Source of the DNA: Gemmatimonadota bacterium
GTDB taxonomy: Bacteria; Gemmatimonadota; Gemmatimonadetes; Gemmatimonadales; GWC2-71-9
Direction: 5' to 3'
Assembly (NCBI GenBank): GCA_046733215.1
Contig: JBKPOS010000013.1
Span: 985 to 64,984 of the forward strand
Length of the DNA stretch: 64,000 nucleotides
In this document: positions 46,619-55,237 of the stretch, piece by piece
Layout of the letters: each line of letters opens with the position of its first letter
Position numbering within the stretch: the stretch's first letter is position 1
Notes under the pieces: generated by a model
What the model was told of the DNA's origin: nothing
The model's input: the letters and a program-made list of their open reading frames with translations, nothing else
Databases searched by the model: none
Position numbers and translations under genes: made by a program

Positions 46619-47386
46619 ATGACGTCTCGGCTCTTCGCGCTCACGGCGCTGGCGGGAGTCTCGGCTTCGGCAGCCCCCCGCAGCACGCATTATCGGGTCG
46701 ACCAGACCGTCGACCAGACGATCGATGCGACGGCCATCGGTGGTGCACCGCAACGACAGCGGTTCGGCGTGTCGACCTTTATCACCGTCACCCTCGCGGA
46801 CACGGCCGGCGGTAAGGTGGTGAACGCAGTCATCGATTCAGTGTTGAGCGACTCGGCTCCGGTGTCGCAAGCAGCCCTGGACAGCGTCCGCGGCCTTCCG
46901 GTGCACGGCATGCTTGATCAGACTGGTCGGATATCGGGAGTAAAACCACTTCGCGAGACCTCGTTGGGCGCTCAAATGACTGATGTGGTGTCCCGGCTTT
47001 ATCCCGGCCTGCGGCAGAAGATCAAGCAGGGTGACGGATGGACGGACACCAGTCAGGTCTCGACGCCGGCCAGTGGCGGCACTATGAATCTGCGTCGCAT
47101 TACCACGTATAAGGCGAGTGGCAAGGAACGGCGCGGGAACACCGACGCACTGAAGATCGACGCGAGCTTCAGCTCGACGGTGAACGGGACCCAGCAGACC
47201 AACAACGGCCCCGCGACAATCGAGGGCACCGGATCCGGAACCGGGGCCCACTACCTGGCTTCAGATGGTCGCTATCTGGGAGGCAAGTGGACGGTGACCA
47301 CAAAGCTGACCTTCGCCGGCTCGTTCGCGCCGAAGCCGCTCCCCGTCACATTGATCGAGACGTATGCCGTGAGCGAGCTGCCATGA
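46619..47386 (+). CDS. Hypothetical secreted protein (paralogue of the next gene)
   Basis: Signal peptide MTSRLFALTALAGVSASAA and a beta-rich body. Collinear weak similarity to 47383..48243. Confidence 0.5.
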   Translation: MTSRLFALTALAGVSASAAPRSTHYRVDQTVDQTIDATAIGGAPQRQRFGVSTFITVTLADTAGGKVVNAVIDSVLSDSAPVSQAALDSVRGLPVHGMLDQTGRISGVKPLRETSLGAQMTDVVSRLYPGLRQKIKQGDGWTDTSQVSTPASGGTMNLRRITTYKASGKERRGNTDALKIDASFSSTVNGTQQTNNGPATIEGTGSGTGAHYLASDGRYLGGKWTVTTKLTFAGSFAPKPLPVTLIETYAVSELP

Positions 47387-48243
47387 CACGGTCCATTGTA
47401 CTGGTTGGCCTGCTGGCCGCGGCAGCCTGTTCCGGTGGTGGGAGCCCGTCGTCCCCGGCCCCGCAGCCCGGGCCGGGTCCTTCCGGCGGCGAGAAGGCTG
47501 CCTCACCTGCAGCGGCTGCCCACGGGGGCGCAATCCTTTACCGGCCCACTCCTGGAGCGATTTACGCAATCGAGCGCCGCGACAGTCTCACCCTCGAGTT
47601 GCAAGGGGGCACTCAGATTCAGCAGTCTGCTCGAACCGCCTACTTGACCGTCTCGATCGCCGAGGGTTCCGGCGGCAACTATGCCACAACCATCCGGCTT
47701 GATTCACTGCGGCAAGAAGAGGGTGGAACACTTTCCGCCGACTCCCTGCTCAGGGCGGAAGGCACCACATGGACTGGAACGTTGTCACCACAAGGCCGGC
47801 TCGGCGACCTCAAGGCAGATCGCGCGTCCGCAGTCGCCGACCAGGTTGGCGCGAGCCTTGGCATACTCTTTCCCGTGCTGCCGGCCGGCGGCCTTCAGGG
47901 TGCCACCGCCTGGAGCGACACTACCGAGCGCGCGATTAAGACGGATGCCTTCGCTGCCAAGGAAAGGGCGGTGACGAGCTACCGCCTGATCAAGCAGGAA
48001 GGCCAGGTTTACGTCGTCGACGCCGCCACCGGGTTCCAGCGTACCGGCACCGGAGGACAGGCAGCACAACCGATGGAGATGACGTCGCAGGGCACGAGGA
48101 GAACAACCTATCAGTTCGGCGCCAACGGGCTGGTCGCCAGCGCACAGGGGGCCGATTCAGCGGAAATGACTATTTCGGTCCCGGCGGTCGGCCAGACAGT
48201 GCCGGTACATCAGCGAGCCAGCTGGAAGATCAGCAAGAAGTAG
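47383..48243 (+). CDS. Hypothetical lipoprotein (paralogue of the previous gene)
   Basis: ATGA overlap with the previous gene. Lipobox LLAAAAC followed by a Pro/Gly/Ser linker. Confidence 0.55.
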   Translation: MTRSIVLVGLLAAAACSGGGSPSSPAPQPGPGPSGGEKAASPAAAAHGGAILYRPTPGAIYAIERRDSLTLELQGGTQIQQSARTAYLTVSIAEGSGGNYATTIRLDSLRQEEGGTLSADSLLRAEGTTWTGTLSPQGRLGDLKADRASAVADQVGASLGILFPVLPAGGLQGATAWSDTTERAIKTDAFAAKERAVTSYRLIKQEGQVYVVDAATGFQRTGTGGQAAQPMEMTSQGTRRTTYQFGANGLVASAQGADSAEMTISVPAVGQTVPVHQRASWKISKK

Positions 48244-48256
48244 CCGCTACGGGGCG

Positions 48257-49366
48257 TCAGTCGACCAGGCGCAGCGGCATCACCAGGGTGAGGAAGCTCG
48301 CGGGATCGTTCCAACCCACCGGCTCGCAGGTGGCAGCTCGCTCGGGAGCCTTGAAGGTGAGCCGGACTTCGTCGGTCGGGATGTACTTGAGAATCTCCAG
48401 CAGATAGGCGGCGTTGAAGCCGATTTCCAACGGGTCGCCGTCGTAGGTGACGGTGACTTCTTCCTGTGCCTCTCCCAGATCAGGCGTCTGAACCGAGAGC
48501 TTGCACGATCCGCTGGCGAACGCCATGCGGATCCGGTGGGTCTGATCGCTGGCCACAATGCTCATGCGGCGGAGCGCCGCCGTCAGGGCCGACCGATCCG
48601 CCGTCGCTGCCTTGTCGTTTTCCCGCGGAATGACCTGCTCGTAGTTCGGGTACGGTCCTTCGATGAGCCGGGTAAAGATCTGAGTCGTCGCCGAACGGAA
48701 GCCGAGATGGTTCTCGCTCCGGGCAATCTCGATCTCGTCCTCAGGACGGAACAGGCGACGGATTTGCTCCAGAGCTTTGGGCGGAACGATGAGATCGGCC
48801 TGACCTGCCCCGGCCGCGGTGGGAACATCCATCCGGGCCAAGCGGTGACCATTCGTGGCCACCATGCGCATCTTCTCCGGCCTAAGCTCCCAGAGAACCC
48901 CGTTCAGGATTGGCCGACTCTCCTCAGTACTCGCCGCAAATGCCACGTGCGCGATGAGCTTCTGCAGATCCTTGGCTGGTGCCTTCCAACCGTTCTCGAA
49001 CTTGACAGCAGGGAATGCCGGAAACTCCTCACGCGGAAGACCCAGCAGCTTGAACTTGGAGCGACCGCACTCGATCGAGACCCTCTGCTCCCCGCTCGCG
49101 ACCACGCGGATCGGAGCGCTAGGCAACTCGCGAACGATCTCCACGAGCTTTCGAGCGGGCAGCGTGATGGCGCCCTCCTGATCCAGGGACGCAGGCACGC
49201 TGGTGCTCACAGCAATGTCCAGATCCGTCCCCGATAAGCGTAACCCGTCGCGGGTGGCCTCGAGCAGGATGTTGGACAACACAGGAAGAGTGGTTTTGGT
49301 CGGAACGCTGGCAGCGACCGCGACCAGTCCTTCCTGCAGCTGCTCTCGCGTGATCGTAAGCTTCAT
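48257..49366 (-). CDS. dnaN: DNA polymerase III beta sliding clamp
   Basis: MKLTITREQLQEGL..V...VP.KTTLP.LSNILLEA. ATG 49366 gives 369 aa. Confidence 0.95.
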   Translation of the reverse strand: MKLTITREQLQEGLVAVAASVPTKTTLPVLSNILLEATRDGLRLSGTDLDIAVSTSVPASLDQEGAITLPARKLVEIVRELPSAPIRVVASGEQRVSIECGRSKFKLLGLPREEFPAFPAVKFENGWKAPAKDLQKLIAHVAFAASTEESRPILNGVLWELRPEKMRMVATNGHRLARMDVPTAAGAGQADLIVPPKALEQIRRLFRPEDEIEIARSENHLGFRSATTQIFTRLIEGPYPNYEQVIPRENDKAATADRSALTAALRRMSIVASDQTHRIRMAFASGSCKLSVQTPDLGEAQEEVTVTYDGDPLEIGFNAAYLLEILKYIPTDEVRLTFKAPERAATCEPVGWNDPASFLTLVMPLRLVD

Positions 49367-49586
49367 CCGGCTCCTCGGCGTGCTAAAGATCAATACTTCT
49401 CTGTAATTAAAAGATTCTAGCAGCAGTAGTAGAGGCTCTGGAAATGTGGAGCATGCCTGCAACGCGCTCCGCACTCCGAATTTGACCGCTTCACGAGCTG
49501 TCGATCGTCTGTTAAGGGTGGGGGACACCGCGACGATGATCCCCACTCATTCAGACTGCCAACACCATCGGCGCCCACATCGGGGA

Positions 49587-50972
49587 TTATTCTGCGCACA
49601 ACTCCTGGCGTGCGTACTCGATTTTCTCGCGGAACGTGCGGTCGCGAGACATTTGTCGCTGCACTTTGTCCACGCTGTGGATCACTGTGGAGTGATCACG
49701 ACCACCGAACGCCTGGCCGATCTCAACCAGCTGCATCTGGAGAAGATCGCGAGCGAGATACATGGCGATCTGGCGTGGAATAGTGAGCGTCTTGATGCGC
49801 GCCTTGGACCGGAGTCCCTCCGGCGTGACGCCCCATCGGCGCGCAACGACTTCCTGCACGCGATGAATGGTCGGAAGCGGCTTGGCGCGCGCCTCAGCGC
49901 CGTCGTCGCCAGGCTTGATCTTGTCAGAGAGTGCTTCGCGGGCCAGCTCGATCGAGATTTCCTTGTGCTTGAGCGACGCGAAGAGCAGCAGCTTGATAAT
50001 GCAGCCTTCCAGCTCGCGCACATTGGATCGGACATGCTCGGCGATAAAGCGGAGCGCGTCGTCCGGAATGGTCATCTCGAGATGGTCCTGCTCCTGCTTT
50101 TTGCGGAGAATGGCAATCCGGTGCTCGAGGTCGGGTTGGCCGATGTCGGCCACCATACCCGACTCGAAGCGGCTCACCAGCCTCGCTTCGAGGCCCGGGA
50201 TTTCCTTGGGAGGGCGGTCGGACGTCAGAACAATCTGTTTGTTGGCCTGGTGCAACGCGTTAAATGTGTGAAAGAACTCCTCCTGGGTCTGCTCTTTCCC
50301 TTCCAGGAAGTGCACGTCGTCCACCAGGAACAGGTCGACCTCGTTTCGGTAGCGACGCCGGAAATCCGGCATTGTCCGGCTATGAATGCTTTCGATGACT
50401 TCGTTCAGGAACTGCTCGGACCCAACGTAGAGTAGGCGGGTGTCGGGCGCGCGGGTGAGGCGTGCGTGTGCAATCGCCTGCATCAGGTGGGTCTTGCCAA
50501 GTCCCGTGGCGCCGTAGATGAAAAGCGGATTGTAGGTCTTGCCGGGAGCCTCGGCGATTGCGTGCGCGGCAGCGGCGGCGAGCTCATTCGATTTGCCGAT
50601 CACGAACGTCTCGAAGGTGTAGCGTTCGTTCAGCGGCTGCATGTTCGCGTTGGTGGGGCCATTCGCCCCGGCTGCCTGCGTCGGCGTGACGAAGAAGTCC
50701 ATTTGGGGCCGCCGCTGCCGCTCTTCCTGCACGCGGAACACAACGGCGGTGGGCCGTCCGACCACCGGCTCAGCGAGACGGGTCAGAATCGGCGCGTGCT
50801 TCGTTTCGTTCCACTCGGCCGCGAACTGATCGGGAGCGCCGATGACCAATTGACCTTCGTCAAGGGCAATTGCCTCAGTCGGCTCGAGCCAATTCCTGAT
50901 GATGTCAGGAGGAAGCTCGCGCTGCGCCTCATCGAGGATGCGCTTCCACGCTTCTTTAGGGGACAGCTGCAT
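49587..50972 (-). CDS. dnaA: Chromosomal replication initiator DnaA
   Basis: NPLFIYG.TGLGKTHL, VDDVHFL, the domain IV helix (…IAMYLARDL...L.EIG..FGGRDHSTV.H). Confidence 0.97.
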   Translation of the reverse strand: MQLSPKEAWKRILDEAQRELPPDIIRNWLEPTEAIALDEGQLVIGAPDQFAAEWNETKHAPILTRLAEPVVGRPTAVVFRVQEERQRRPQMDFFVTPTQAAGANGPTNANMQPLNERYTFETFVIGKSNELAAAAAHAIAEAPGKTYNPLFIYGATGLGKTHLMQAIAHARLTRAPDTRLLYVGSEQFLNEVIESIHSRTMPDFRRRYRNEVDLFLVDDVHFLEGKEQTQEEFFHTFNALHQANKQIVLTSDRPPKEIPGLEARLVSRFESGMVADIGQPDLEHRIAILRKKQEQDHLEMTIPDDALRFIAEHVRSNVRELEGCIIKLLLFASLKHKEISIELAREALSDKIKPGDDGAEARAKPLPTIHRVQEVVARRWGVTPEGLRSKARIKTLTIPRQIAMYLARDLLQMQLVEIGQAFGGRDHSTVIHSVDKVQRQMSRDRTFREKIEYARQELCAE

Positions 50973-51102
50973 CGGTGCTCGACAACGGGTGGGAGGGTTT
51001 GCAAGGGCAGCCGATTCTACGGGTCGGTTGTGGAAAAGTCAACCTTGACGCATGGCCCCTTGCGTCACTAGGTTCTCGGGCTCATTGGGAGGCCAGTAGC
51101 AG

Positions 51103-51264
51103 ATGAAACCGTCGTATCGCCCGCGCAACAAACGGCGTCTCAACAAGCACGGCTTCCGGGCGCGGATGGCGACGCGTTGGGGTCGCGCAGTGCTGTCTCG
51201 CCGCCGCAAGAAGGGGCGGAAGCGTCTGACGGTGCGCATTCCCTCGAAGCATGGAGGTCGCTGA
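51103..51264 (+). CDS. rpmH: 50S ribosomal protein L34
   Basis: Absent from the ORF track because it is under 60 aa. [44 protein letters not shown]... GGGAGG lies 10 nt upstream. Confidence 0.9.
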   Translation: MKPSYRPRNKRRLNKHGFRARMATRWGRAVLSRRRKKGRKRLTVRIPSKHGGR

Positions 51265-51653
51265 CGGCGCGTGAGCGGCTCCCGCGAGTCACTCGACTCG
51301 CTCGAGCAGCGGACTTTCGTCGCTGTCTCGCCGAAGGACGCCGGCAACGGACCCAGCACCTCGACATGATCTGGTTGGACAACGCAACGGGTCACCCGCG
51401 GATCGGACTGATCGTTCCTAAGTTTCAGTCCAGTGCGGTGGCCCGTAATCGTTTGCGGCGGCAACTCAAGGAAATTTGGCGGCGGGACCTCCAGTCGCAG
51501 CTTCCGGCCGGTGATCTCGTGGTGCGAGCTCGCCGGGAGGCGTATGGCGCCGGGTTTGAGGCGCTTCGGGGGGAGATGAGACTTTGGTCAGCAAAGGTGA
51601 CGGTGAAGCAAAGAAGCGTGGACAGCAGGAAAAGCGTGAACGGTGAACAGTGA
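51177..51653 (+). CDS. rnpA: RNase P protein component; start uncertain (TTG 51177 inside rpmH, or CTG 51261)
   Basis: [12 protein letters not shown]...[10 protein letters not shown]....[13 protein letters not shown] matches the RnpA core. The last six codons plus the stop lie in heptamer element B. Confidence 0.8.
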   Translation: MGSRSAVSPPQEGAEASDGAHSLEAWRSLTARERLPRVTRLARAADFRRCLAEGRRQRTQHLDMIWLDNATGHPRIGLIVPKFQSSAVARNRLRRQLKEIWRRDLQSQLPAGDLVVRARREAYGAGFEALRGEMRLWSAKVTVKQRSVDSRKSVNGEQ

Positions 51654-51752
51654 ACGGTGAACGGGGGGTGAGTCAGTATGGTGCTGGTGTGCTCCAGGGG
51701 CGCGTGGAGCCATTCGAGCAATTCCGTTCACCGTTTACCGTTCACCGTTCCC
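51634..51752. repeat. Heptamer-array palindromic element, copy B (two inverted [GTGAACR]x4 arms separated by 61 nt)
   Basis: The + strand at 51636-51663 reads GTGAACG GTGAACA GTGAACG GTGAACG (+GGGGG). The - strand at 51752-51725 reads GGGAACG GTGAACG GTAAACG GTGAACG. The arms are 25/28 complementary. Confidence 0.8.
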
Positions 51753-51982
51753 GCTTTTCCATCGAGAACCTTCCCCGCCGAGTCCTCGCCGCCCTTATCA
51801 GGGCTTACCAGGTGGTGATATCTCCCGCACTTCCGCCGGCATGCCGTTTCACGCCGACCTGCTCGCAGTATGCGCTCGAGGCCGTGGGCCGCTATGGCGC
51901 GCTCCGAGGCTCCTGTCTCGCCGCGCGTCGGCTGGTGCGCTGCCACCCTTTCAATCGGGGCGGGTTCGACCCGGTCCCGTGA
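51650..51982 (+). CDS. yidD: Membrane protein insertion efficiency factor YidD (N-terminus encoded by repeat element B)
   Basis: [49 protein letters not shown]. All usable in-frame starts (GTG 51650, 51668, 51689, 51704) lie inside the element. Confidence 0.8.
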   Translation: MNGERGVSQYGAGVLQGRVEPFEQFRSPFTVHRSRFSIENLPRRVLAALIRAYQVVISPALPPACRFTPTCSQYALEAVGRYGALRGSCLAARRLVRCHPFNRGGFDPVP

Positions 51983-51999
51983 CTCGGTGAACTAGCTCG

Positions 52000-53682
52000 A
52001 TGGATCGCCGTGCCATCTGGGCCATCGTTCTCATGATGGCCATCGCACTCACGCCTGCGCTGCTCATAAAGCAGAGCCATCGGCCTGCCGGCCGGTCGCC
52101 AAGCGACTCGACCACAACGACGCCGGCTCCTCTGTCACCGACGCAGACGCCCGCAGTGGCGCCCGCGCCACCCGCTGATACTGCGAAAGCGGTGGCTGAA
52201 GACACGGTGCTCGTCACCTCGCCACTCTACACCTACGGAATCAGCACCCGAGGGGCCCGACTGATCCTGGCTACCCTCCACCGCTATCCCTCGATGGCCG
52301 CGTCAACTCGAGGGCGCTCAGCTGACCTGATTCGCCCGGGCACCGGCTTGCTGGGCGCTACGCTTGTAAGGGGCAACGACAGCCTCAAGCTGACCGACGT
52401 GATCTTCACGCCCAGCACCTTGAAGCTGGACGTTGCCGCGCCGAGCCCACTCCGCCTCACCGCTCAGCGCGGCGACGTGAGTGTCGAATTGGCGTATCAG
52501 TTTGTTCCCAACGATTACCGGATCGGTGTCTCGGGTCGGGTCACTGGAGTCGGGCCTAATGGTGGCCTTCTGCTCCTCGACCTCGGGCCGGGCCTGGCCA
52601 ACACGGAGGCCGATTCCAATGAGAATCATCGAGCCCTCGCCATCGTAACCAAGCAGGGCGATGCGGAGCGGACCGATTTTGCGAGCCTCAAGCCAGGCGA
52701 GCCAAAGACACTCAGCGGGCCGTTCGAGTGGGTTGCCGTCAAGTCCAAGTACTTCGTCACTGCGCTACTGGCTTTTGACAGCGCCGGCGGAAGTATCAGC
52801 GGCGCCACGGCGGCTGCAGCGGCGACGGCCCCAAAGCACCCGACCGCGGCCGACATACGGCTCAGCTTGCCGGTTGGGCCGTCAGGGGTATTTGCCTTCT
52901 CGCTATATGCCGGTCCGATGGAGTACGATCGGTTGCGTCAGATCGGCCACGACTTCGACGACGTCAATCCTTATGGCTGGCCTGGATTCCGTACACTGAT
53001 CCGGTTCTTTACGGTACCGATCCGTTGGCTTTTGGTCTTCATGCATCAGGAGCTTGGTCTTGCCTACGGAATCGCGCTCGTGATCTTCGGCGTGCTGGTT
53101 CGGATGCTTCTCTGGCCCCTGAACCAGAAGGCGATGCGGTCCAGCATGCAGATGCAGGCGATCCAGCCCCTGATGAAGGACTTGCAGGAGCGCTACAAGG
53201 ACGACCCCACCAAACTGCAGACCGCAATGATGCAGCTCTATAAGGAGCACGGGGTCAATCCGTTCGGCGGCTGCTGGCCGATGCTGCTGCCGATGCCGAT
53301 CCTGCTGGCCCTGTTCTTCGTCTTCCAGAACACGATCGAGCTCCGGGGGGCCTCGTTCCTCTGGCTCCCCGACCTCTCGCGCCCTGACCCGCTCTACATC
53401 ATTCCGCTGCTGATGGGGCTCACGATGTACGGTGTGAGCAAGGTGGGTCAGATCGGGATGGAACAGACCCCGCAGATGCGTAGCATGCTCTACATCATGC
53501 CGGTGATGATGACCGTGCTCTTCCTCAACTTCGCGTCCGGCCTCAACCTCTACTATGCGGTGCAGAATCTGACCAGCATTCCGCAGCAGTGGATGCTCGC
53601 AAAGGAGCGGCTGAAGCGCCAACCGCCTCCCCCACCTCCACCCCCCAAGGTGAGCAAGGCCAAGGCACGAAGCGAGAAGTAG
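52000..53682 (+). CDS. yidC: Membrane protein insertase YidC
   Basis: N-terminal TM, periplasmic domain and the conserved C-terminal core (…LLWPLNQKAMRSSMQMQAIQP.M..LQE.YKDDP.K...). Confidence 0.95.
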   Translation: MDRRAIWAIVLMMAIALTPALLIKQSHRPAGRSPSDSTTTTPAPLSPTQTPAVAPAPPADTAKAVAEDTVLVTSPLYTYGISTRGARLILATLHRYPSMAASTRGRSADLIRPGTGLLGATLVRGNDSLKLTDVIFTPSTLKLDVAAPSPLRLTAQRGDVSVELAYQFVPNDYRIGVSGRVTGVGPNGGLLLLDLGPGLANTEADSNENHRALAIVTKQGDAERTDFASLKPGEPKTLSGPFEWVAVKSKYFVTALLAFDSAGGSISGATAAAAATAPKHPTAADIRLSLPVGPSGVFAFSLYAGPMEYDRLRQIGHDFDDVNPYGWPGFRTLIRFFTVPIRWLLVFMHQELGLAYGIALVIFGVLVRMLLWPLNQKAMRSSMQMQAIQPLMKDLQERYKDDPTKLQTAMMQLYKEHGVNPFGGCWPMLLPMPILLALFFVFQNTIELRGASFLWLPDLSRPDPLYIIPLLMGLTMYGVSKVGQIGMEQTPQMRSMLYIMPVMMTVLFLNFASGLNLYYAVQNLTSIPQQWMLAKERLKRQPPPPPPPPKVSKAKARSEK

Positions 53683-55011
53683 ATGCTTTCCGACGTCATC
53701 GTGGCACTCGCTACACCGCCCGGCCGCTCAGCCCTTGCGGTAATACGGCTCACCGGCCGTGCCGCGTTCGATGTTGCGCGGCAGGTCGTTGACGGCTTCG
53801 AGATCACGCATCCGCGTCGAGCCAGGTTGGCAACCTTCCGAAGCGCGGAAGGGCGGGCGATCGACCGCGGCCTGTACACGGTCTTTCCGGGTCCCCGGAG
53901 CTACACCGGCGAAGACCTGGTCGAGCTGTCCTGTCACGGCGGTCTGGCGGTTCCTACTCAGATGATCGCTGCATTGACGTCGGCGGGAGCCCGGGCGGCC
54001 CATCCCGGCGAATTCACTCGGCGTGCCGTGCTGAATGGGAAACTGGATCTGGTCCAGGCTGAAGCAGTTGGCGACCTGATCGACGCGACGGCGCCGGCAC
54101 AGGCCGGCGCAGCCTTCGCTCAGCTCGAAGGTGGATTGTCTCGAAGACTGGGTGAGCTCCGCAAGCAATTGATCGAGTTGCAGGCGCTTCTGGGCTATGA
54201 CATCGACTTCCCGGGCGAAGACGACGGACCCGTGCCTGCTGCCCGGATCGCGCGTGCGCTCGACGATGCCTTCTGTCGGGTGGAGCAGCTCCTCGAGACG
54301 GCACCATCGGGACAACGGCTCAGGGAAGGGGCCCTCGTGGTCTTTGCGGGACGACCGAATACCGGCAAGTCCTCACTCTTCAACGCATTGCTCGGGGTCG
54401 ATCGGGCGCTGGTGACGGAGATTCCCGGGACCACACGTGATGCGATCGAGGCTCACACCGACTTTCTCGGCTGGCCTGTCCGCCTGGCCGACACGGCCGG
54501 ACTTCAGAACGCGGCCGATCGAGTCGAGCGCATGGGCATCGAGGTGAGCCATCGTTATGTCGGGGCTGCGGACCTGGTGCTGCTTTGTGCGGAGGCCGGC
54601 CGACCGCTCGGATCCGATGAGCGGGCGATACTGGAGCAACGGTCGGCGGTTCTGGTTAGAACCAAGGCGGACCTCTCGAACAAAATGACCGACGGTGAGC
54701 TCCGGGTTTCGTCGGTTACCGGTGAAGGCCTGGGACATCTGAGACAGGCCGTCGCGGAGCGGATTTTTGGTGACCGAATGTCTTTGGCAGATCTCGAGCC
54801 GGTACTGACCAGAGAGCGCCACCAACTCGCGCTGTCGCGCGCCAGGGAGGCCCTGGCGGATGCACAGCCTCACCTCGGTGCAGGTGGCGACGCGGTCCTG
54901 GTGTCGCACCACGTTCGCCGAGCGACGCTGGCGCTGGATGAGCTGATCGGGGTAATCGACATGGAGGAAGTGCTGACGAGCGTGTTCGCGAGCTTTTGTG
55001 TCGGGAAGTAG
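53683..55011 (+). CDS. mnmE: tRNA modification GTPase MnmE (TrmE)
   Basis: IVALATPPGRSALAVIRL.G, G-domain GRPNTGKSSLFNAL, C-terminal FCVGK. Confidence 0.95.
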   Translation: MLSDVIVALATPPGRSALAVIRLTGRAAFDVARQVVDGFEITHPRRARLATFRSAEGRAIDRGLYTVFPGPRSYTGEDLVELSCHGGLAVPTQMIAALTSAGARAAHPGEFTRRAVLNGKLDLVQAEAVGDLIDATAPAQAGAAFAQLEGGLSRRLGELRKQLIELQALLGYDIDFPGEDDGPVPAARIARALDDAFCRVEQLLETAPSGQRLREGALVVFAGRPNTGKSSLFNALLGVDRALVTEIPGTTRDAIEAHTDFLGWPVRLADTAGLQNAADRVERMGIEVSHRYVGAADLVLLCAEAGRPLGSDERAILEQRSAVLVRTKADLSNKMTDGELRVSSVTGEGLGHLRQAVAERIFGDRMSLADLEPVLTRERHQLALSRAREALADAQPHLGAGGDAVLVSHHVRRATLALDELIGVIDMEEVLTSVFASFCVGK

Positions 55012-55020
55012 TCTCGCCAA

Positions 55021-55224
55021 CTATCGCTTGTGGCTGCCGTCGCAGAATGGCTTGGTCTTTGAAAGTCCGCAACCGCACAACTTGACCTGCCCCGGGACCT
55101 TGGTGGGCGGTGGGATCAACTCCCGGCCTTCGTTGTCACGTACGGTGACCGGTCCTTCGATGACGTAAGGGCCGGTCGGCTTCCAGGTGACGCTCGTTCG
55201 GGGTGGGAGGCCGTCTTCAGACAT
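55021..55224 (-). CDS. CDGSH-type iron-sulfur domain protein
   Basis: CGCGLSKTKPFCDGSH signature. Confidence 0.85.
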   Translation of the reverse strand: MSEDGLPPRTSVTWKPTGPYVIEGPVTVRDNEGRELIPPPTKVPGQVKLCGCGLSKTKPFCDGSHKR

Positions 55225-55237
55225 GGAGGAAAGCTAC

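Noticed and set aside
45919-46686. Several ORFs (255, 180, 113 and 101 aa) covering 46.0-46.7 kb
   Set aside because: The region is the RNase P RNA gene, with conserved P4, P1 and other elements. The ORFs are artefacts of a structured GC-rich RNA gene.
50973-51102. Calling this spacer oriC outright
   Set aside because: It has only one near-consensus DnaA box and no AT-rich unwinding element, which is not enough evidence. It is reported as an open question.
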